From NCBI GenBank assembly GCA_050733755.1, contig JBOHTS010000013.1, positions 38,562 to 102,561 of the forward strand: a stretch of 64,000 nt of DNA, in the 5' to 3' direction. Numbering within the stretch: the stretch's first letter is position 1; each line of letters starts with the position of its first letter. A model generated the notes under the pieces. The model did no database searches. It was given only the letters and a program-made list of their open reading frames with translations, and was not told the origin of the DNA. Positions 35,711-44,961 of this stretch are shown here, piece by piece. Both the position numbers and the translations under genes were made by a program. The DNA is from Candidatus Tyrphobacter sp. (lineage in GTDB: Bacteria; Vulcanimicrobiota; Vulcanimicrobiia; Vulcanimicrobiales; Vulcanimicrobiaceae).

Positions 35711-37219
35711 ATGCTCCGTACGCTCTCTGCGGCTGCACTCGTTGCCGCTCTTGCCGCGAGCGGCGCTCCGCACGCGCTCGCCATTCCCGCCGCGACGCCG
35801 GATGCCGTCACGCATCACACGATCGTCCTTCACGGTCACCGGTACGCCTACACCGCGCGCGCCGGAACGATAACGCTCAAAGACGACCATGCGGACCCGA
35901 CCTGCCGCGTCTTCTACGTCGCGTACACGCTCGACGGTGCGAATCCGAATGGCCGGCCGGTCACCTTTCTCTACAACGGCGGCCCGGGAAGCTCGACGAT
36001 GTGGCTTCACATGGGATCGGTTGGGCCCAAGCGCGTCGTCACGAACTCGAACGCAACGCAGACGGCCGGGCCTCCATATCGAATCGTCGATAATCCGTAC
36101 TCGATTCTTGATCGGAGCGATCTCGTCTTTATCGACATGCCCGACAGCGGTTTCGGACGCATTATCGGCAAGGGCAAGCCGGCGGACTTTTTCGGCGTCG
36201 ATCCAGACGTCGCGGCGTTCGCGCAGTTCATCGAGCGCTACATCACCAAATTCGACCGCTGGAACTCACCGAAGTTCCTCTTCGGAGAGTCGTATGGAAC
36301 GACGCGCTCTGCGAACCTCGTCAACTATCTGCAAAACGCGGGCATCACCGTCGACGGCGTCGTACTTCAGTCGTCGATTCTGAGCTTTGCGCTCGATTGG
36401 AGCTCCGATCCCACCGGCATCGGAGGCGGCGACTGGCTCTTCGTCCTCTACTTGCCGACGGAAGCGGCAACCGCGTGGTACCATCATGCCGTTTCGTATC
36501 GCGGAGGCCTGCAGTCGTTCACGGCGGCAGCGGCGCACTTTGCGGTCACGGAGTACCTCGACGCGCTCGCGCAGGGCTCGGCGTTGTCCGCTCCCGCGTA
36601 CGACAACGTTCTGGCGAAGCTTCACTACTACACGGGCCTCTCGCAGCAGTATCTGCGAAACTCGAACCTGCGCGTTCCGTACTGGCGCTTTGAGAGCGAG
36701 CTTTTACGCGAGCGGGGGAAGATCGTCGGCCGTCTCGACTCACGCTTCGAGACCTGGGCGCTCGACCGCACGGAAGAGTCGCCGGATTGGGACCCGACGG
36801 ACGCCGGCATCGACGCGCCGTACACGACGGCGGTGAACGAGTACCTGCGCGAGGACCTCCACTACAATCCGCCGCTGCTCTATCGCTCGAGCGTCTACGA
36901 CATCATTGCGGCGAGCGGCGGCTGGAACTGGAAGCACAACGGAACGAAGACCACGAACGTCGCCGTCGATTTAGCGCAAGCGCTCACGTACAACAAGAAT
37001 CTGCGGGTCTTTTCCGCCAACGGCTACTACGATTTCGCCACGCCCTACTACGCAACCGTCTACACGCTGACGCACCTTGGGCTCGTTCCGGCGATCCAGC
37101 GGCACATCTCCTTCGGCTTTTATCCGTCGGGACACATGATCTACTTGAACGTTCCGTCGCTGTCGATGTACCACGACGACCTCGAGCGCTGGTACGCACG
37201 AACGTTGGCGGGACGATAG
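35711..37219 (+). CDS. Serine carboxypeptidase, S10 family (secreted), paralogue A
   Basis: Signal peptide, 'YNGGPGSSTMWLHMGSVGP', catalytic Ser 'FGESYGTTRS' and His 'YPSGHMIY'. Confidence 0.85.
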   Translation: MLRTLSAAALVAALAASGAPHALAIPAATPDAVTHHTIVLHGHRYAYTARAGTITLKDDHADPTCRVFYVAYTLDGANPNGRPVTFLYNGGPGSSTMWLHMGSVGPKRVVTNSNATQTAGPPYRIVDNPYSILDRSDLVFIDMPDSGFGRIIGKGKPADFFGVDPDVAAFAQFIERYITKFDRWNSPKFLFGESYGTTRSANLVNYLQNAGITVDGVVLQSSILSFALDWSSDPTGIGGGDWLFVLYLPTEAATAWYHHAVSYRGGLQSFTAAAAHFAVTEYLDALAQGSALSAPAYDNVLAKLHYYTGLSQQYLRNSNLRVPYWRFESELLRERGKIVGRLDSRFETWALDRTEESPDWDPTDAGIDAPYTTAVNEYLREDLHYNPPLLYRSSVYDIIAASGGWNWKHNGTKTTNVAVDLAQALTYNKNLRVFSANGYYDFATPYYATVYTLTHLGLVPAIQRHISFGFYPSGHMIYLNVPSLSMYHDDLERWYARTLAGR

Positions 37220-37228
37220 GAGGAGCGA

Positions 37229-38773
37229 ATGATGTTGAAACGATTGCTCGCAGCCTTCTTCCTCTGCTCGCTCGCCGGCGCCGGTGCAGCTGCCGCCGCG
37301 ACGCAGGCCGCCGCGCCCGCGATGCGTCCGGTTCCACCCCGAACTTCCGACGCCGTCTCGCACCACACGATCTCGCTCGTCGGACGGACGTACGCCTATA
37401 CGGCCCGCGCTGGAACGATCGATCTCACGAACGCACAAGGCGAGCCGACATGCCGAATGTTCTACACCGCCGACACCCTCGACGGTGCGAATCCCTCGCA
37501 GCGGCCGATTACGTTCATCTATAACGGCGGCCCCGGAAGCTCGACCGTCTGGCTGCGCATGGGATCGTTCGGTCCGGTGCGCGTCGTCGTCGCAAACGGA
37601 GAGATGAACGGCGGTCCGCCGTACCGCTTCGTGCCCAATCGCTACAGTCTGCTCGACCGCACCGACGAAGTCTTCATCGACATGTGCGCGAGCGGCTACA
37701 GCCGCCTTATCGGAGCGGGAACGCCAAAGGACTTCTTCGGCGCCGATGCCGACGTGCGTTCGTTCGCGCAGTTCATCGACCGGTACATCACGAAGTTCGA
37801 TCGCTGGAACTCGCCGAAGTTTCTCTTCGGCGAATCGTACGGAACGCCGCGCAGCGCGATGCTCGTGAACGTTCTGCAAAACGAAGGTATCGGCATGAAC
37901 GGCGTCATCCTCCAATCGTCGATTCTCAACTTCGGGCTCTACGCGAGCACGTACGGCGACAGCGTTCCGCAAGCCGGCGGCGACTGGTCGTACGTGACGT
38001 ACCTTCCGACGGAGACTGCGACGGCCTGGTACCATCACCGGTTGCCCGACGCGCCCGCCGACCTCGAGACGGCCGTGAACGAGTCGCGCGACTTCGCCAT
38101 GGGGGAATACCTCAACGCGCTCGCGCTCGGATCGCGATTGCCGCGCTCGACGTACGACGACGTCGTCGCGAAGCTCCATCGCTTCACCGGCCTCTCCGAG
38201 CGCTACATCCGGCTTTCGAATCTCCGCGTTCCGTATCAGTACTTCTTGTCGCAGCTCGAGCGCAACGAAAACGTGACCGTCGGGCGATACGATTCACGGT
38301 ACGAGAGCGCGGTTCTCGACGACATCGAGAGCTATCATCAGTGGGACCCGACGGATGCGGCGATCGATGCCGCGTTCACCGCCACGAACAACGTCTACAT
38401 TCAAGACGTGCTCGGATACCGGCCGCACGAGATGTATCGCGTTCTCGCGTACGACATCATTTACTCAAAAGGCGGCTGGGACTTCAGCCACAACGGCAAT
38501 CCCGCGCTGAACACGGCGCCGGACCTCGCGAACGCGATGACGTTCAACCCCTCGCTGCGCGTCTTTTCGGCGAACGGATACTACGATTTCGCGACGCCGT
38601 GGCTTGCGACCGTCTATACGCTGCAGCACCTGAACCTTCGCCCGGATCTCGAAGCGCATATCACGTACGGCTTCTATCCGTCGGGCCACATGATCTATCT
38701 CAACGAAGCGGCGCTCGCGAGTTATCACGCCGACCTCGAAAACTGGTACGAGAGTACGCTCGCGGGCCGCTAG
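37229..38773 (+). CDS. Serine carboxypeptidase, S10 family (secreted), paralogue B
   Basis: Collinear with paralogue A: 'YNGGPGSSTVWLRMGSFGP', 'FGESYGTPRS', 'YPSGHMIY'. Separated from A by 9 nt. Confidence 0.85.
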   Translation: MMLKRLLAAFFLCSLAGAGAAAAATQAAAPAMRPVPPRTSDAVSHHTISLVGRTYAYTARAGTIDLTNAQGEPTCRMFYTADTLDGANPSQRPITFIYNGGPGSSTVWLRMGSFGPVRVVVANGEMNGGPPYRFVPNRYSLLDRTDEVFIDMCASGYSRLIGAGTPKDFFGADADVRSFAQFIDRYITKFDRWNSPKFLFGESYGTPRSAMLVNVLQNEGIGMNGVILQSSILNFGLYASTYGDSVPQAGGDWSYVTYLPTETATAWYHHRLPDAPADLETAVNESRDFAMGEYLNALALGSRLPRSTYDDVVAKLHRFTGLSERYIRLSNLRVPYQYFLSQLERNENVTVGRYDSRYESAVLDDIESYHQWDPTDAAIDAAFTATNNVYIQDVLGYRPHEMYRVLAYDIIYSKGGWDFSHNGNPALNTAPDLANAMTFNPSLRVFSANGYYDFATPWLATVYTLQHLNLRPDLEAHITYGFYPSGHMIYLNEAALASYHADLENWYESTLAGR

Positions 38774-41709
38774 CGTTCCCGCTCCGTTTTCGCGAGCATT
38801 GCGCTCAGGATAGTGTACGCGCGCCGCATGTCGGCGGTTGGTGCGGCGTCGGCGCTTTCGACCGAAGCCTCGAGATTCTCGAAGTCGTCGTGTAGGGCGC
38901 GCAAGGACGTGAGGTCCTGCGATGCGGCGCCGACGCTGTCGTTTGGATTCGCCGAAGGCGCGACGCCGAGGATTCGAGGATCGTGCGTGTGCTTACGCAT
39001 CGCCGCAATCTCCGACAGACGCGCTGCGATCGATTGCGCGAGCGTGTACTGAGCGCGCAGATCCGCAACGCTCGCCGCAATGCGCGGATCTTTCAGAACG
39101 GTGAAGCCTTGCGTTTGCGAGCGGCCGTCGTGGATGAGGCGCACGAAGTAGCGTCCGGGTGGGGCGAGCGGACCGCGACCGTCGCCGGTGCGGAAGTTCC
39201 AGATGAAACGGTGGCCGCCGAGCGCGGCGCTCGGAACCGGCGGTACCGGCGCCCAGGAGGGCGGAAAGTCGAGCGGCAGAGGATTCACCGGCGGCGATGG
39301 ATGCGCGCTCGACCAACTGCGCAAGAGCGCTCCGTGCTCGTCGAGGATTTGGATCTCGACGGTCCCCGGCGTACGGACGAGGTAGTCGACGAGCGCGCCG
39401 ACCGGCGCGTCCTGCGCCTGCGGCTCGTCGGGCGGCAGCGGGGTGCCCTCGTCGTAGCCGACGCGGCGCAGACGGTACGCGGTGGCAGGCGCAAAGAGGA
39501 ACGCTCCCCCGTGCGTCGCCGTTGCGACGCTCATCTGCCGAAGTCGGGAGATGTCGTCGAGGATGTAGATGCCGCGGCCGTGCGTTGCGACGATCACGTC
39601 GTCGTCGTGAACGACGATGTCGCGAACCGACGTGGACGGCAGATTCAACTGGAACGGCTGCCAGTGATTCCCGTTATCGAACGAGATGACGATGCCGCGC
39701 TCCGTTCCGGCATAGAGCAGACCACGGCGAAGCGGATCGGCGCGAACGACGTTGACGAACCACTCACTCGGAATGCCGTTTGTAATGCGTTGCCAGGTAC
39801 GCCCGAAGTCGCTCGTGCGATAGATGTACGGGCGATCGTCGTCGAGCCGATGGCGGTCGACGGCGATATACGCCGTTCCGGCGTCGAAGTGCGATGCGTC
39901 GATGATGCCGACCTTGCTCCAAGCGGTTACGCCACTGGGCGTCACGTTGCGCCAGTGCGCGCCGCGGTCGCGCGTGATCCAGACGTACCCGTCGTCGGTG
40001 CCGACCCAAATCGTGCGCGCATCCTCCGTCGACGGCGCGATCGCGTAGATGACGCCGTGGCGCGTCAGGCCGTTCGTATCGGCTTTCGTCGCGGGATCGA
40101 GATTGGGCAGCGGCGGCGTATGCACGCGTGAAAGATCGCCGCTGATGATGCGCCACGACGCTCCGCCGTCGCGCGAGTAGAAGAGGTTCTGACGCGCGTA
40201 GTACAGCGCGTGGTCGACCGGCGAGATTGCGAGCGGCGTCGTCCACGTGCTGCGCCAAACGCGTTTGGGATACACGAGCGTCGGGTCCGCACTGCGCTCC
40301 CATCCGGTCTTGACGTTCTCGAGCGTCAGCGTTCCGCCGGTGCCGTAGACGTAGCCCGGCCGGCCTGCCGCGGGGACGAGATATCCGTTCTCGCCGCCGG
40401 CGTCGATCGGGCGAAAGTCCATCATCGAGAGCGTGCTGTAGCGGCCCGTGCTCGGCAGCGCGAGCGCGCCGGAGTCTTGTTGCGCGGCGTAGACCCAGAA
40501 CGGGAAGCGATCGTCCGCGCTGACGTGATAGAGCTGCGCCGTCGGCTGATTGAACCACGACGTCCACGTCGCCGCGCGGTCGACGCTCACGACGACGCCT
40601 TGATCGCTTCCGAGAATCATTCGACGGTCGTCGTTCGGATCGACCCAGAGCGTGTGGAAATCGTCGCCGGTGGGATCGCCCTTGATCGCCGTGAAGCTGC
40701 GCCCGCCGTCGGTCGAGCGATAGACCGACGTGTCCATGACGTAGACGGTGCTTTCGTCTTTCGGATCGGCGGTAATGCCGCCGAAGTACCAGCCTCGTTG
40801 CCAGAGACGCACGTCGCCGTTCGTCTTCGCCCACGTTGCGCCGCCGTCGTCGGAACGATAGATCCCGCCGTGCGCGACGTCGCTATCGACGACTGCGTAG
40901 ACGCGCCGCGGATTCGTCTCAGAGTAGCTGATGCCGATGCGCCCGACGCGTGTGGGAAGTCCGGCGGTGACGTGCGACCAGGTCGCGCCGCCGTCGTGCG
41001 TGACGTAGAGGCCGCTCGATGGACCGTTCGACGGCGGATAGACGTTCCAGGGTGGGCGGCGCGTCTGCCACATCGCGGCGAGAAGCGTCTGCGGATCCGA
41101 GGGGCTCATCGCGAGATCGATCGCGCCGGTGCTTTCGTTGAGGTAGAGGACCTTCGACCAATGCGCGCCGCCGTCGACCGTCTTGAAGACGCCGCGTTCT
41201 GCATTCGAGCCGTACTGATGCCCGAGGGCCGCAACGTAGACGACGTTTGGATCGTGCGGATCGACGACGATGCTGCCGATCTGACGCGAGTCTCGCAAGC
41301 CGATGTGCCGCCACGTCCGTCCCGCGTCGTCGCTGCGGTACATCCCGTCACCGGCTGCGATGTCCGAGCGCATGTCGGCTTCGCCGGTTCCGACGTAGAC
41401 GATGCGCGGATCGCTTGGTGCGACGGCAATCGCGCCGATCGAACCGACGTCCTGCGCATCGAAGATCGGCGACCACGTACGCCCTGCGTTCGTGGACTCC
41501 CAGACTCCGCCGTCGACCGCGCCGAAATAGAAATGGTTCGGCTCGCCCACAACGCCGGTAACCGCGAGCGCGCGCCCGCCGCGAAACGGGCCGATGAGCC
41601 GGTAGTGAAGCCCGCCGAAATAGTATGCCGGCACGGACGCGACCGCGGGAAGCGCAGCGAGCGGTCCGGCCAGCAGCGTCACAAGAAGAGCGAAGGAAAG
41701 GCGTCGCAT
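38770..41709 (-). CDS. ~979-aa secreted BNR/Asp-box (sortilin/VPS10-like) beta-propeller protein, paralogue 2
   Basis: Signal peptide 'MRRLSFALLVTLLAGPLAALPAVAS'. Asp-boxes 'STNAGRTW', 'SDDAGRTW', 'TVDGGAHW', 'THDGGATW', 'SDDGGATW', 'STDGGRSF', 'SRDGGASW', 'TRDRGAHW', 'TSDFGRTW'. Collinear with 14111..17305. Confidence 0.85.
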   Translation of the reverse strand: MRRLSFALLVTLLAGPLAALPAVASVPAYYFGGLHYRLIGPFRGGRALAVTGVVGEPNHFYFGAVDGGVWESTNAGRTWSPIFDAQDVGSIGAIAVAPSDPRIVYVGTGEADMRSDIAAGDGMYRSDDAGRTWRHIGLRDSRQIGSIVVDPHDPNVVYVAALGHQYGSNAERGVFKTVDGGAHWSKVLYLNESTGAIDLAMSPSDPQTLLAAMWQTRRPPWNVYPPSNGPSSGLYVTHDGGATWSHVTAGLPTRVGRIGISYSETNPRRVYAVVDSDVAHGGIYRSDDGGATWAKTNGDVRLWQRGWYFGGITADPKDESTVYVMDTSVYRSTDGGRSFTAIKGDPTGDDFHTLWVDPNDDRRMILGSDQGVVVSVDRAATWTSWFNQPTAQLYHVSADDRFPFWVYAAQQDSGALALPSTGRYSTLSMMDFRPIDAGGENGYLVPAAGRPGYVYGTGGTLTLENVKTGWERSADPTLVYPKRVWRSTWTTPLAISPVDHALYYARQNLFYSRDGGASWRIISGDLSRVHTPPLPNLDPATKADTNGLTRHGVIYAIAPSTEDARTIWVGTDDGYVWITRDRGAHWRNVTPSGVTAWSKVGIIDASHFDAGTAYIAVDRHRLDDDRPYIYRTSDFGRTWQRITNGIPSEWFVNVVRADPLRRGLLYAGTERGIVISFDNGNHWQPFQLNLPSTSVRDIVVHDDDVIVATHGRGIYILDDISRLRQMSVATATHGGAFLFAPATAYRLRRVGYDEGTPLPPDEPQAQDAPVGALVDYLVRTPGTVEIQILDEHGALLRSWSSAHPSPPVNPLPLDFPPSWAPVPPVPSAALGGHRFIWNFRTGDGRGPLAPPGRYFVRLIHDGRSQTQGFTVLKDPRIAASVADLRAQYTLAQSIAARLSEIAAMRKHTHDPRILGVAPSANPNDSVGAASQDLTSLRALHDDFENLEASVESADAAPTADMRRAYTILSAMLAKTERER

Positions 41710-41723
41710 GATGCTCGTGGGAT

Positions 41724-42221
41724 TTAGTGCCGCGGTCGCGGCCGCCTCCTGGCAGCACCCCGCACGACGAGATAGAGAAGAATCGCAACGGCGAGCCAGC
41801 CGTAGGCGCGCAAAGGCGGTGCCGCGTTTGCCATGCCTTGGCCCATTGCGGCCCCCGCGGTATACACCGCGAGAATCTTCGCGACGGCACTGCGCAGGCC
41901 GAGATCGTAACGACCGTCTGCGAAGTTGCGTTCCATCGTCGCGCGGATCGCGGCGATGCGGGTGCTCGTAAACCAGCGCTGAGGGCGCGCGACGAGCGAA
42001 TCGAGGCGATCGTCGCGGTCGATGTAGAGTACGGCGTCGGCGCCGCGCTGCTCGAGAATGCGTTGCGCCTCTTCGTCGAGTACTCCGGGCACCTGCGCGT
42101 TCGTCAGGCTCGCAAGCGTCACGACGAGGAGCGTGCGTCCCGTCCGTTCGCGGACGCTTTCGATTCGCCGTTGCACGTAGGCAACGGTCGGCATCGAGAA
42201 CATGCGCGCTCCATCGGTCAC
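41724..42221 (-). CDS. TPM-domain protein with C-terminal TM anchor (tentative)
   Basis: 'TGRTLLVVTLASL...ILEQRGADAVLYIDRDDR...FADGRYDLGLRSAVAKI' resembles the TPM/TLP18.3 pattern. C-terminal TM 'WLAVAILLYLVV'. Confidence 0.55.
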   Translation of the reverse strand: MTDGARMFSMPTVAYVQRRIESVRERTGRTLLVVTLASLTNAQVPGVLDEEAQRILEQRGADAVLYIDRDDRLDSLVARPQRWFTSTRIAAIRATMERNFADGRYDLGLRSAVAKILAVYTAGAAMGQGMANAAPPLRAYGWLAVAILLYLVVRGAARRRPRPRH

Positions 42222-42252
42222 GAGCGCCGGAGGCGGTGCGGCGCCGATGTCT

Positions 42253-42399
42253 TTACCGGCTCGAGGGAAGGCCGGTCACGAGAATCATCAAGCCGCCGAC
42301 GACGCTGAACGCAAAGACGCAGAGAAATATCCAGATGCCCGCCCGCAGCCACTGCTGCCGGCGTCGTCTCTTCGAGCGCGTTTCGTGGCGTACTTTCAT
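42253..42399 (-). CDS. Small basic single-TM protein (48 aa)
   Basis: 'MKVRHETRSKRRRRQQWLRAGIWIFLCVFAFSVVGGLMILV'. Its ATG overlaps the rsfS TGA (ATGA at 42396-42399), suggesting translational coupling. Confidence 0.4.
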   Translation of the reverse strand: MKVRHETRSKRRRRQQWLRAGIWIFLCVFAFSVVGGLMILVTGLPSSR

Positions 42400-42716
42400 G
42401 ACTGCGAAACCTTTCGCTCCGGCAACGGCGTCCACAGGCGTTCGAGATTGTAAAAGGAGCGCTGCTCCGGAGTAAACACGTGAACGATGACGCTTCCGAG
42501 GTCCAAAAGAACCCATCCGCCGTCGGCATAGCCTTCGACGCGTGTCTGCGGCGCTCCGGCCGCTTGCGCGGCCTGCGTGATCGCTTCGGAGATCGACCGA
42601 ACGTGGATGCGAGAGCGCCCCGTAACGATCGCGAAAACGTCGGCGAGGATCGTGCGGTCGTGGACGTCGATGGCCAGAAAGTCCTCGCCCTTTTTGTCGA
42701 GTGCGGCTTCCCGCAC
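42396..42716 (-). CDS. rsfS: Ribosome silencing factor RsfS (iojap)
   Basis: 'ALDKKGEDFLAIDVHDRTILADVFAIVTGRSRIHVRSI...GWVLLDLGSVIVHVFTPEQRSFYNLERLW'. GTG start; GGAGGAG lies ~29 nt upstream (42746-42752), too far to serve as its SD. Confidence 0.85.
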   Translation of the reverse strand: MREAALDKKGEDFLAIDVHDRTILADVFAIVTGRSRIHVRSISEAITQAAQAAGAPQTRVEGYADGGWVLLDLGSVIVHVFTPEQRSFYNLERLWTPLPERKVSQS

Positions 42717-42753
42717 GATGTCGATGAGTGCCGGCAGTCGTCTCCTCCTTATC

Positions 42754-43323
42754 TCAGGGCCATTCTACCCCGAAGGCGCGAGCGGCCAAAAGCGACCGGG
42801 GAGCGATCGGAAGTCCCCTGCGTGCGATGTGGCGCAGCGTCGAGGCAAGCGTCTCACGCATGGCGGCCTTCATGTCGGTGCAGGCCAACTCCCAAAGGTA
42901 TGCACGCTGCGGGAAGTCGCGTCCCGGCTCGAGCCCGTCGGCTAAGTACAGCGCGCAATCGAGCGGCGACATCGCAGCATCGGCAGCCGTATGCTTTGCG
43001 ATCGCATCGAGTATCTCCGGGTCGTCGATCCCAAAGCGCTCCCGGGTGAGCGCAGCGCCGAGCCGCGCGTGTAAGAGCACCGGCGCCGCTTGCTCGCAAG
43101 CGTCGATTACGATGCCTCGTGCGCCGCATTCGTCGAGGAGCCGCTGCGGCGGGTAGAGGCGTGCGATGTCGTGGAGCAATCCCGCAGCGCGAGCCTTGGC
43201 CGGATCCGCGCCGTACCGGCATGCTAGAAGCTCGGCGCATCGGGCGACGCGTACGCTGTGAGCGTATCGGTGATGCTGACCGATCTGCGCCCGTACCGCG
43301 GTCGCGAGCGCGTGGTACGTCAG
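42754..43323 (-). CDS. yqeK: HD-domain phosphohydrolase YqeK (bis(5'-nucleosyl)-tetraphosphatase type); start codon unresolved
   Basis: 'HRYAHSVRVARCAELLA...AGLLHDIAR...HARLGA...AIAKHT'. There is no in-frame ATG/GTG/TTG near the conserved N-terminus. The nearest GTG is at 43395, inside rimI. Confidence 0.7.
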   Translation of the reverse strand: MTYHALATAVRAQIGQHHRYAHSVRVARCAELLACRYGADPAKARAAGLLHDIARLYPPQRLLDECGARGIVIDACEQAAPVLLHARLGAALTRERFGIDDPEILDAIAKHTAADAAMSPLDCALYLADGLEPGRDFPQRAYLWELACTDMKAAMRETLASTLRHIARRGLPIAPRSLLAARAFGVEWP

Positions 43324-43856
43324 GACGGTCCCGTCGCGCCGCGCAGGGTCGCCAACCGGTTGGCGTAGAGCTCGCTCTTGAGGTTTCCGGCCCACATGAC
43401 GAGCGCGCTCTCGTTGTTGTCGCTGTAATATCCCTTGCGCGCCGTGACCGTCGTAAAGCCGTACTTTCGATAGAGGTTTTGCGCGACGGCGTTGCTTTCG
43501 CGCACCTCGAGCGTCATCCACGACGCGCCGCGCGCCAAGGCTTCGTCGATGAGATGCAAGAGCATCCTCTCGCCGTACCCGCATCCGCGATGGGCGGCAT
43601 CGACGGCAATCGTCGTCACGTGCGCGTCCTCGAGAATCACCCAGATGCCGCCGTACGCGACGAGCGCGCCGCCGCAGCGGCCGACGAAGTAGTGCGCGAG
43701 TTTGTTCGACGCGAGCTCGTTGTAGAACGCATCGGACGGCCACTGCGTCGGGAACGCCTCGTGCTCGATGCGCAGAACTCGCGGCACGTCCTCGCGCGTC
43801 ATCGGCTCGATCGAAAAGGATCCGCCCGCGTGCGGCCGCTCGAGATCGATCTTCAC
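43320..43856 (-). CDS. rimI: Ribosomal-protein-alanine N-acetyltransferase RimI (GNAT)
   Basis: 'VAYGGIWVILEDAHVTTIAVDAAHRGCGYGERMLLHLIDEA...LEVRESNAVAQNLYRKYGF'. GTG at 43856 overlaps the tsaB TGA (GTGA). An alternative ATG lies at 43802. Confidence 0.85.
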   Translation of the reverse strand: MKIDLERPHAGGSFSIEPMTREDVPRVLRIEHEAFPTQWPSDAFYNELASNKLAHYFVGRCGGALVAYGGIWVILEDAHVTTIAVDAAHRGCGYGERMLLHLIDEALARGASWMTLEVRESNAVAQNLYRKYGFTTVTARKGYYSDNNESALVMWAGNLKSELYANRLATLRGATGPS

Positions 43857-44518
43857 GTTCCGCCCAGGAGCGAGCGCGGGATCTTTGCCGCAGGAAGCTC
43901 GCCGTACTCCGGTCGTGCTTCGTGCGGACTGCGCAGCGGTTGCGCGCGCAGAGAGAGAAGCGCGAGGATGCTCGCGGGAACTGGCGGCGGCGCGATCTCC
44001 GTCACGACGATACCGCGTTCGGCAAGCGCGCCGCGCACGTCCTCCGCGTTCCCCGTAACGGTCATCGCGCGCGTGCAGGCAGTCGGATCGCGCAGGAGCT
44101 TCGCGAGGACCGATCGCGCGTCGCCGCAAGCAGTCGAGCTCGAGGCGCGCGATGCGAACTCCGCGCAGACGATGCCTGGTCTGCCTCGCACCACCGTCAG
44201 CACCGGAGGCTCTGCGTCGCCCCGCAAAAGATCGTACGACGTTAGCGTGACGAGCGGCAGCCGCCACGCCAGCGCGAGCGCCTTTGCGTAGGAGAGCGCG
44301 ATGCGCAATCCGGTGAAGCTTCCGGGACCGCAGCCGACCCCCAGGCGGTCGAGGCCGGCGCGATCGATGCCTGCCTCGCCCATTGCGGCGGCGACGGCGG
44401 CAAGCCCGTTCTCCAGCGCTCGCTTTCCATCTTCGACGACCTCGGCGACCACAGACCCGTCGCGCGCGACCGCTATGGAGAACGTGCCCAGCGCGCCTTC
44501 GAGCGCGAGAACGTTCAT
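43853..44518 (-). CDS. tsaB: tRNA t6A37 biosynthesis protein TsaB
   Basis: '[17 protein letters not shown]...GVGCGPGSFTGLRIALSYAKALA'. ATGA overlap with the tsaE stop. Confidence 0.85.
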   Translation of the reverse strand: MNVLALEGALGTFSIAVARDGSVVAEVVEDGKRALENGLAAVAAAMGEAGIDRAGLDRLGVGCGPGSFTGLRIALSYAKALALAWRLPLVTLTSYDLLRGDAEPPVLTVVRGRPGIVCAEFASRASSSTACGDARSVLAKLLRDPTACTRAMTVTGNAEDVRGALAERGIVVTEIAPPPVPASILALLSLRAQPLRSPHEARPEYGELPAAKIPRSLLGGT

Positions 44519-44961
44519 GCGGCAGGCCGCGTGATGCGGACGGCTCGGGGCGAGTCTCCGCAGCCGTCGATGTCGACTTCCCAGCGAGAAGGCGGCAGAA
44601 GCGACGACGCGTTCTGCCACCATTCGACGATGGCGATCGCATCGGCGGAGAAGGCTTCGCCGAGGCCGAGTTCGGTTGCGTCGTCGCCCTCGATGCGATA
44701 GAAGTCGAGATGCTCGATCGGAGGATTGCCCTCGTACCGATGGCGGAGCGTGAATGTCGGGCTCGTCCCCTCGTCCGCGCCATGGAGCGCTCGAACGACG
44801 GCACGCGCGAAGACGGTCTTTCCGCATCCCACCGGTCCCGCGAGCGCGACGACGTCGCCGGGGCGCAGCACGACGGCAATCTCGGCGGCGAGCGCTGCAA
44901 GATCGTCCTCGCTCGTGCAAGTACGCGCGAACGCTCCGTCGAAACGGCGATCAGCGGTCAT
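44515..44961 (-). CDS. tsaE: tRNA t6A37 biosynthesis ATPase TsaE
   Basis: '[22 protein letters not shown]', 'SPTFTL', 'HLDFYRI'. The ATG is at 44961-44959. Confidence 0.8.
   Translation of the reverse strand: MTADRRFDGAFARTCTSEDDLAALAAEIAVVLRPGDVVALAGPVGCGKTVFARAVVRALHGADEGTSPTFTLRHRYEGNPPIEHLDFYRIEGDDATELGLGEAFSADAIAIVEWWQNASSLLPPSRWEVDIDGCGDSPRAVRITRPAA

Noticed and set aside
38983-41727. Two long plus-strand ORFs (382 and 505 aa) opposite the second sortilin-like gene
   Set aside because: They are shadow ORFs. The minus frame carries the periodic Asp-box repeats.
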